Positions 58,654 through 64,000 of a stretch of 64,000 nt of DNA are shown in pieces. The first letter of the stretch is position 1; every line of letters begins with the position of its first letter. Below the pieces are notes generated by a model, which made no database searches, had not been told where the DNA came from, and saw nothing but the letters and a program-made list of their open reading frames with translations. Source of the DNA: Verrucomicrobiaceae bacterium (GTDB lineage: Bacteria > Verrucomicrobiota > Verrucomicrobiia > Verrucomicrobiales > Akkermansiaceae); contig JBPOGH010000002.1 in the NCBI GenBank assembly GCA_051252135.1, forward strand, positions 64,001 to 128,000, read 5' to 3'. The translations under genes were made by a program, and so were the position numbers.

Positions 58654-59343
58654 TTTTTCGGGCACGGTGGGGAGCTGGATCTTGAGAAGCTCGATGGTGG
58701 AGTGGGCGCGGAGGAGTCCGCCCCGGTAGCGTGAGCTTTCTTCACGGACGATGCCGACTTTGGGTGCGAACCAGTAGTCCTGGAGCATGGTGGTGTCTCC
58801 GGTGTTGTGCTGGAAGGTGACCTTGAAGGCATCGAAGGCGCCGGCGGGGGTGCGGACTTCCTCGAGGCTGACGGTGCGAAATCCGGAGGCATCCTCCGAT
58901 CCGGGTGGCCAGCTCCAGAAGGAGCCGACTTGCATGTGGCGCTGGGCCAGGGGAACGGGAGGTTTGGAGAAGTCGAACAGTCCCTGCGGGCCTTCTTTTG
59001 CGGCAACGAAGAGGAAGTCGCCATTGTATCCGAAGGCGACGTCGGGTTGTTTTTCGTCGTCTTGATGGATGGAGAAGCGGTGGTATTGGCGTTCGTTGTG
59101 TTGAAGGGGGCCGAGGTAGGTGTTCCGGCGGGTGCTGATTTCCGTGGTGATGTCTCCGGGGGTGACCTCACGGGAGAGGTTGCCGGGGATGGTTTTGACG
59201 GTTTCGCGATAGAGCCAGATTTGCCCCGGGGTGGGTTTGAAGAAGGCGGGATCGAGTCGGTCGTTGATCTCCGTGGTTTTTTCGACCGGAGGTTTGCAGG
59301 CACCGAGGAGAAGGAAGGCCAGAGGAATGAGGAAGAGCTTCAT
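58642..59343 (-). CDS. Lipoprotein, hypothetical
   Basis: Lipobox LGAC; TPAGAF and WFAPKVGIV motifs. Confidence 0.75.
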   Translation of the reverse strand: MKLFLIPLAFLLLGACKPPVEKTTEINDRLDPAFFKPTPGQIWLYRETVKTIPGNLSREVTPGDITTEISTRRNTYLGPLQHNERQYHRFSIHQDDEKQPDVAFGYNGDFLFVAAKEGPQGLFDFSKPPVPLAQRHMQVGSFWSWPPGSEDASGFRTVSLEEVRTPAGAFDAFKVTFQHNTGDTTMLQDYWFAPKVGIVREESSRYRGGLLRAHSTIELLKIQLPTVPEKSDP

Positions 59344-60080
59344 GCCGGTGGGTTTGGGAAGCGGCGGCAGAGATCGCTGCCGCCTGAATGTTGGGCGCCA
59401 AGGCGGGGGTGGAAGTGGACTTCAGGGAAGAGGTGGGGGCGTTTTCTTTTCCTCCAAATGAGGAAGGGGATGAGGAGAATGAGGAAGATGAGGACTCCCC
59501 CTCCGATGAGGACGCTGCGGAGGAGGACGTGTTCTTTGTGTGTCCGGATGTTTTCCTCATTGCGTTCCTGCCGGACTTTGATTTGCCGGCCGTGGATGAT
59601 TTTCGGGAGGTTTTTGGCGAAGGAAATCATTTCGGCGAGCCGGAAGGAAGCGACGCGCATGTTGTCCTTTGGGGTCCAGTTTTGGGAGGAGAGGTTGCGG
59701 AGTTTGGCGAGTTCCTTTTGCCAGGCGTTCTGCCTGAGTTGGGTGAGGGAATCACCGCCGGCGACGAGGACAAGGGGGCCGATTTGGTCGGGGTAGGAAA
59801 GGACGACGCCCCAGTCCTTGGTGCTCCAGGCCTCTCCGAGGGCGCGGGCAAAGTCTTCGTCACCGGTGCCGAGGGGAGGTGGGGTGATGACGAGGAAGAC
59901 CTCGGTTTCGTTATCGATGGCGTGGCGTTCGAGGATGGAGGTGATGGCGTCGGACTCCTGGATGGTGAGGAATTTTTCGGGGTCGTGAATGAGGCGGGAG
60001 GGGCGCGCGGGGAGATCGTCTCCCGGTGCGGAGCCGAGGAGGGCAAAGATGAGGATGAGGAGGAAGGGAGTGGTCTTCAT
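59340..60080 (-). CDS. TPM domain membrane protein
   Basis: I.DP..FL, FA..L...W; C-terminal TM; RLGA..SGG. Confidence 0.7.
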   Translation of the reverse strand: MKTTPFLLILIFALLGSAPGDDLPARPSRLIHDPEKFLTIQESDAITSILERHAIDNETEVFLVITPPPLGTGDEDFARALGEAWSTKDWGVVLSYPDQIGPLVLVAGGDSLTQLRQNAWQKELAKLRNLSSQNWTPKDNMRVASFRLAEMISFAKNLPKIIHGRQIKVRQERNEENIRTHKEHVLLRSVLIGGGVLIFLILLIPFLIWRKRKRPHLFPEVHFHPRLGAQHSGGSDLCRRFPNPPA

Positions 60081-60685
60081 CCTTTGGTGGCCCGGTGGGC
60101 TTCTTTGAGGGCTTTGTTTGCGATCTTACAGGATCCGGTCAGCTCGTCGTCGATCAGGTCGAGGAAAGTGAGGATGCCGGTGGTCCATTCGAGGGAGACG
60201 AACCATTGGGCGGCTTCGTCGAGGATGCGTTCGAGGCTGGAACGGGCGAGGAAGGTTTCGAGTTGGTAGCCGGAGACGAAGGCGTGGAGTTTTTTGGAGG
60301 GGTCGATGAGGAGGAGACCCCGCCATTCCGGGGAGTCTCCGGAGTCGGGTGTTTCGTTGAGCATCCACCAGGCGAGGAGGTTGGGCGGGAGGTTATCGGG
60401 GCAGTTGACGGAGCAAATTGCGAGAGAGATTTGGGGGAATTTGCCGCGGAGCTCGCGGAGGCGGGATTTGATTTGGGTATTTTTATCCGGGAGGGTGCGG
60501 GCGAAGTCCATGATCTCCTGGAATTGGGGAGCGGGACCGGGGATGAGATTGGAGATCATCCCGTAGTGGAATCCGCAGCGTGGGCATGCGGGTTGGGAGG
60601 TTTCCAGGATGGCCTTGCAGGATGGGCAGTTGAGGGCGGAGCGCCTGAGAATCCTGGATGCGATGAAGTGGGTGGAGGAGGGCAT
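60077..60685 (-). CDS. Zinc-ribbon + TPM-like domain protein
   Basis: CPSC..CPRC; GYQLE..L; ATGA-coupled to the next gene. Confidence 0.65.
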   Translation of the reverse strand: MPSSTHFIASRILRRSALNCPSCKAILETSQPACPRCGFHYGMISNLIPGPAPQFQEIMDFARTLPDKNTQIKSRLRELRGKFPQISLAICSVNCPDNLPPNLLAWWMLNETPDSGDSPEWRGLLLIDPSKKLHAFVSGYQLETFLARSSLERILDEAAQWFVSLEWTTGILTFLDLIDDELTGSCKIANKALKEAHRATKG

Positions 60686-60803
60686 GGGGGCTAGGGAGGG
60701 AGCCAACGGAGAGAGTAGGGAATGGGGGGCGATTCGCCAAGCCTTGAGAATGGGCAAACTCCGGCTTTACAAGCGGACGCAACCTCCTACATTGCTGCGC
60801 CCC

Positions 60804-61301
60804 ATGACTTTGGCCTTTCTCGACATCTCAATTTGGATCAATTTGGTGATCATTTCTCACGTCGTTGTGAGTGCGCTTTTGATCCTTGTGATCCTGATGC
60901 AACGACCTAAGCAAGAAGGACTTGGGGCCGCCTTTGGCTCCGGTGTGACCGATGCTGCCTGGGGTGCCCGGACGACGGATGTGTTGCAGCGGGCGACGGT
61001 TTATTTGGGGACACTTTTCTTCGTGCTCTCGCTGGTGCTCGCCATATTGGTGGGTAAGAAGAATCATGTGGAGAGCAAGCGTGCGGACTCCGATGGGGCG
61101 AGCAGTGTGAGTGAGCCTGCGGCCGAGGAGGTGATCGAGGAGCCGGTTGCTCCCGAGAATATCGACGAGACGGTGGATTTTGCGAAGGAGCTGGAAGCAG
61201 CTGCACCGGGAACGGCTCCGGCTCCCGAGGAGGCACCTGCCGAGGAGGCGCCCGAGGTGACGCCTCCTGTGGAGGTTCCCGAAGCGCCCGAGGGCCAGTA
61301 G
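60804..61301 (+). CDS. secG: Preprotein translocase subunit SecG
   Basis: LILVILMQRPKQEGLGAAFG, two TM helices, acidic Pro-rich tail. Confidence 0.92.
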   Translation: MTLAFLDISIWINLVIISHVVVSALLILVILMQRPKQEGLGAAFGSGVTDAAWGARTTDVLQRATVYLGTLFFVLSLVLAILVGKKNHVESKRADSDGASSVSEPAAEEVIEEPVAPENIDETVDFAKELEAAAPGTAPAPEEAPAEEAPEVTPPVEVPEAPEGQ

Positions 61302-61322
61302 GGTTTTCCCAATTACGCTGCT

Positions 61323-62483
61323 ATGAGCGATTCCGCGTTACCGATCTGGGCGCGCGAGGATGTGTTTCCGCTGAAGCCGGAGGATGCTCCTTACGGGTGT
61401 CGTGATAACAAGGGGAAGCTGACGGGCTTTGAGACGCTGAAGGAGTTGCGGAGTTATTTGTCGGCAGGGAAAGGGCGTTTGGCGTGGGTTTGGGTGCCGG
61501 AGTTTGATCGGTTTGTGGCGCCGGAGGAGGTGCCGGAGTTGGCGGTGAGTTTGAAGAAGCGGCGGGCGTTGTTGGCGGGTGATGATTCGGAGGCGGGCCG
61601 GAAGGGGTTGATGATTTTTGCGGCGGCGCTGGCTTACTTTTTTTATCAGGCGCACTCGGCCGGGGGGATGAAGGCGGTGACGGAGTCGGCGAATGTGGGC
61701 TTGGCTCTCATCCTGTTGTTGATTTTTGGGGTTCGGCCGTGGTGGGAGGGTCGGCAGGGGTTGCGTGAGGTGCAGAGGCTGAAGGTGGAGGAGATCAAGG
61801 AGGAAGTGCCGGAGGCGCGCTTTGAGTTGTGGCTGAGCAGTCAGAAGTCGTTTCTAACGATTGTGTTTTGCGGGTTGGTGGTGGCGGTGTTTGTGGTGCA
61901 GTTTTTTACGAAGGGGATGATGGCGGCGGCGCTGGATAAGGTGAAGTTTGCGGAGGGTGAGTGGTGGCGGCTTTATACGGGAGCGCTTCTGCACGGGAAT
62001 TGGCTGCACCTGGGGATGAATTTGTCGGCGCTGTGGTATTTGGGTCGGCGGGTGGAGATTTTGGCGCGGTGGCCGCATCTGGCGATGGTGATGTTTTTAT
62101 CGGTGATTGGCGGTGGTTGGGCGACGGTGGCGTGGACGACGGCACCGTCGGTGGGGATTTCGGGGGCGGTGTGCGGGTTGTTGGGTTTTCTTTTGGTGTT
62201 TGAGTGGCTGCACAAGAAGCTGGTGCCGAGTTCGGCGAGGCAGCGCTTGTTTGGGATTTTGGTGTCGCTGGTGGTGATTGGGGCCTTGGGGTTTCGTTTT
62301 ATTGATAATGCGGCGCACTTTGGTGGGTTGGTGACGGGGGCGGTGTATGCGGCGGTGGTGTTTCCGAGGTCGAGCTCGCCGGAGCGGCCTTCGATTTTAA
62401 AACAGGACAAGGCGTTGGGAGCGGGGGCGTCGATTTTGTTCGTGTTGAGCGGGATAGGGGCGATGCTTGCGATGCTTTCCTGA
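61323..62483 (+). CDS. Rhomboid family intramembrane serine protease
   Basis: EWWRL, H...HL..N, VGISG, AHFGG. Confidence 0.9.
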   Translation: MSDSALPIWAREDVFPLKPEDAPYGCRDNKGKLTGFETLKELRSYLSAGKGRLAWVWVPEFDRFVAPEEVPELAVSLKKRRALLAGDDSEAGRKGLMIFAAALAYFFYQAHSAGGMKAVTESANVGLALILLLIFGVRPWWEGRQGLREVQRLKVEEIKEEVPEARFELWLSSQKSFLTIVFCGLVVAVFVVQFFTKGMMAAALDKVKFAEGEWWRLYTGALLHGNWLHLGMNLSALWYLGRRVEILARWPHLAMVMFLSVIGGGWATVAWTTAPSVGISGAVCGLLGFLLVFEWLHKKLVPSSARQRLFGILVSLVVIGALGFRFIDNAAHFGGLVTGAVYAAVVFPRSSSPERPSILKQDKALGAGASILFVLSGIGAMLAMLS

Positions 62484-62487
62484 ATAG

Positions 62488-63729
62488 ATGTTCCCTGATC
62501 TCCAGACTTCGATTCCCGGACCCGAGTCGCTTCGGCTGGCGCGGGAGTTGCGCGAGTATGAGTCACGGAATGTGACGTATGTAGATGGGGAGTGGCCGGT
62601 GTTTTGGGAGCGTGCGGAGGGGGTGAATGTGTGGGATGCGGATGGGAATCGATTTTTGGATCTGACGAGCGCGTTTGGGGTGGCGGGATTGGGTCACCGG
62701 AATGCGGAGGTGGTGGCGGCGATGCAGGGGCAGGCGGATGCGTTGCTGCACGGGATGGGGGATGTGCATCCGACGCGGCTGAAGGGCGCGTTGTGCCGGA
62801 AGTTATCGGAGATGACCTATGAGAGGTGGGGTGCGGGGAAGGGGAAGGTCATCCTTTCGAACTCGGGGTTTGAGGCGGTGGAGTCGGCGCTGAAGACGGC
62901 GCGGCTGGCGACGGGGAAGCGGGGAATTGTGGCCTTTTCCGCGGGGTATCATGGGTTGGGATACGGGAGTTTGTTGGGGACGGATTTGGAGAAATTTCGG
63001 GGTCCGTTCGGGGATCAGTTGGCGGAGGTGACGACGCGGGTGGATTTTGGGGGTTCGATGAGCGGGGTGGATGGTGCGGCGGTGGGGGCGGTGTTGGTGG
63101 AGCCGATGCAGGGTCGGGGCGGGAAGCGGATGGCGCCGGAGGGGTGGTTGAGGATGTTACGGGAGTGGTGTGATGAGAATGAGGCGTTGTTGATTTTTGA
63201 TGAGATTTACACGGGGTTTTTGCGGACGGGGAAGATGTTTGCGTGTGAGTGGGACGGGGTGGTGCCGGATGTGATTTGTGTGGGGAAGGCGCTGAGCAGC
63301 GGGTTCCCGATTTCGGCCTGTGTGGGGAAGGCGGAGGTGATGGACGGGTGGCCGGAGTCGACAGGGGAGGCGCTGCATACGAGCACGTTTTTGGGGCATC
63401 CGGTGGGATGTGCGATGGCGCTGAAGTCGCTGGAGATTTTATCGCGGCCGGAGACGGCGGCGATGGTGGCGCGGACGGGGGCTTATCTGGAGCGGAAGCT
63501 GAGGGAGCTGGAGTCGGGAGAGATCGTTGAGGTGCGGGGCCGGGGGGTGATGTGGGGGGTGGAGTTGCGGGAGAATGCAGGAGGACTTTTAACTGATCTT
63601 TTGAAGGCGGGCCTGATTATGCTGGCGGATGGGGAGAGGGGGAATGTGCTCTCGTTCACGCCGCCTTTTGTGATGAGCGAGGAGGAGGTTGATTTCGCGG
63701 TGGGGCGGGTGGCGGAGATCTTGGGGTGA
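62488..63729 (+). CDS. Class III aminotransferase (GabT/ArgD-like)
   Basis: EPMQGRGG, FDEIYTG..RTG, PD....GKAL. Confidence 0.9.
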   Translation: MFPDLQTSIPGPESLRLARELREYESRNVTYVDGEWPVFWERAEGVNVWDADGNRFLDLTSAFGVAGLGHRNAEVVAAMQGQADALLHGMGDVHPTRLKGALCRKLSEMTYERWGAGKGKVILSNSGFEAVESALKTARLATGKRGIVAFSAGYHGLGYGSLLGTDLEKFRGPFGDQLAEVTTRVDFGGSMSGVDGAAVGAVLVEPMQGRGGKRMAPEGWLRMLREWCDENEALLIFDEIYTGFLRTGKMFACEWDGVVPDVICVGKALSSGFPISACVGKAEVMDGWPESTGEALHTSTFLGHPVGCAMALKSLEILSRPETAAMVARTGAYLERKLRELESGEIVEVRGRGVMWGVELRENAGGLLTDLLKAGLIMLADGERGNVLSFTPPFVMSEEEVDFAVGRVAEILG

Positions 63730-63780
63730 GCGGTGCCTTCTGGCGTGCCTTGAGCACGCGGGGGGGACGCGGGGGTGGTT

Positions 63781-63800
63781 CATGGGGCTGAAGCCCCATG
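63781..63800. repeat. Perfect intergenic palindrome (REP-like or terminator)
   Basis: CATGGGGC-TGAA-GCCCCATG between convergent genes. Confidence 0.55.
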
Positions 63801-63873
63801 CTTTGGGTGTTTGCTGCCGTTGGCAGCGTCCGGATGTTCCGGAGACGAGACTGATTAAAGTGCCGTTGGCAGC

Positions 63874-64000
63874 CTAGGCGAGCTTGAGGCGGTCGTCGGA
63901 CTCGAGGAGGGCGGCGAGGGTGTCCCAGCCATTGGGGCGCTGGAGGTTGAAGATGCGCAGGTAGAGGGTGATGAGCTTGGAGTCGTTGCCCTCGAGGAGG
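63874..64000 (-). CDS. Partial CDS (3' end), product unknown
   Basis: My translation is ...LLEGNDSKLITLYLRIFNLQRPNGWDTLAALLESDDRLKLA-TAG, with the C-ending codons typical of minus-strand genes here. Confidence 0.6.
   Translation of the reverse strand, partial: LLEGNDSKLITLYLRIFNLQRPNGWDTLAALLESDDRLKLA

Noticed and set aside
1..64000. Alternative genetic code (UGA = Trp or Gly)
   Set aside because: Many complete genes end in TGA, including ATGA overlaps at 18138, 23871, 54943, 59340 and 60077.

Overview
A 64-kb high-GC bacterial window, most likely Verrucomicrobiota (inferred from three PEP-CTERM proteins, four Cys-type sulfatases, ASPIC/UnbV, CotH, TIGR02597-like and DUF1080 proteins). It holds housekeeping genes (panD, secG, a D-lactate dehydrogenase, an Ldh_2 oxidoreductase, a rhomboid, a class III aminotransferase), a prenyltransferase-repeat operon, a sulfatase/FG-GAP cluster, a GH81 glucanase and a heme oxygenase-bacteriophytochrome pair. 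Main hidden signal: three loci that the ORF track splits are single reading frames interrupted only by in-frame TGA codons, each followed by a SECIS-like hairpin whose loop G lies 17-23 nt downstream. They are a lipoprotein peroxiredoxin (TPG-U, 8834), an ASPIC/UnbV FG-GAP protein (DL-U-SC, 42201) and a small exported protein with two TGAs (U-x5-U, 25155/25137), which points to an exported selenoproteome that includes unusual families. Second signal: two integrase-free insertions, each bracketed by a near-identical duplication of the 3' end of the upstream gene (125 bp and 204 bp); one carries a polymorphic toxin/immunity-like module. No sel genes, tRNA, rRNA, CRISPR array, transposase or integrase were recognised. 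All family calls come from motif recognition by eye; no database searches were run.
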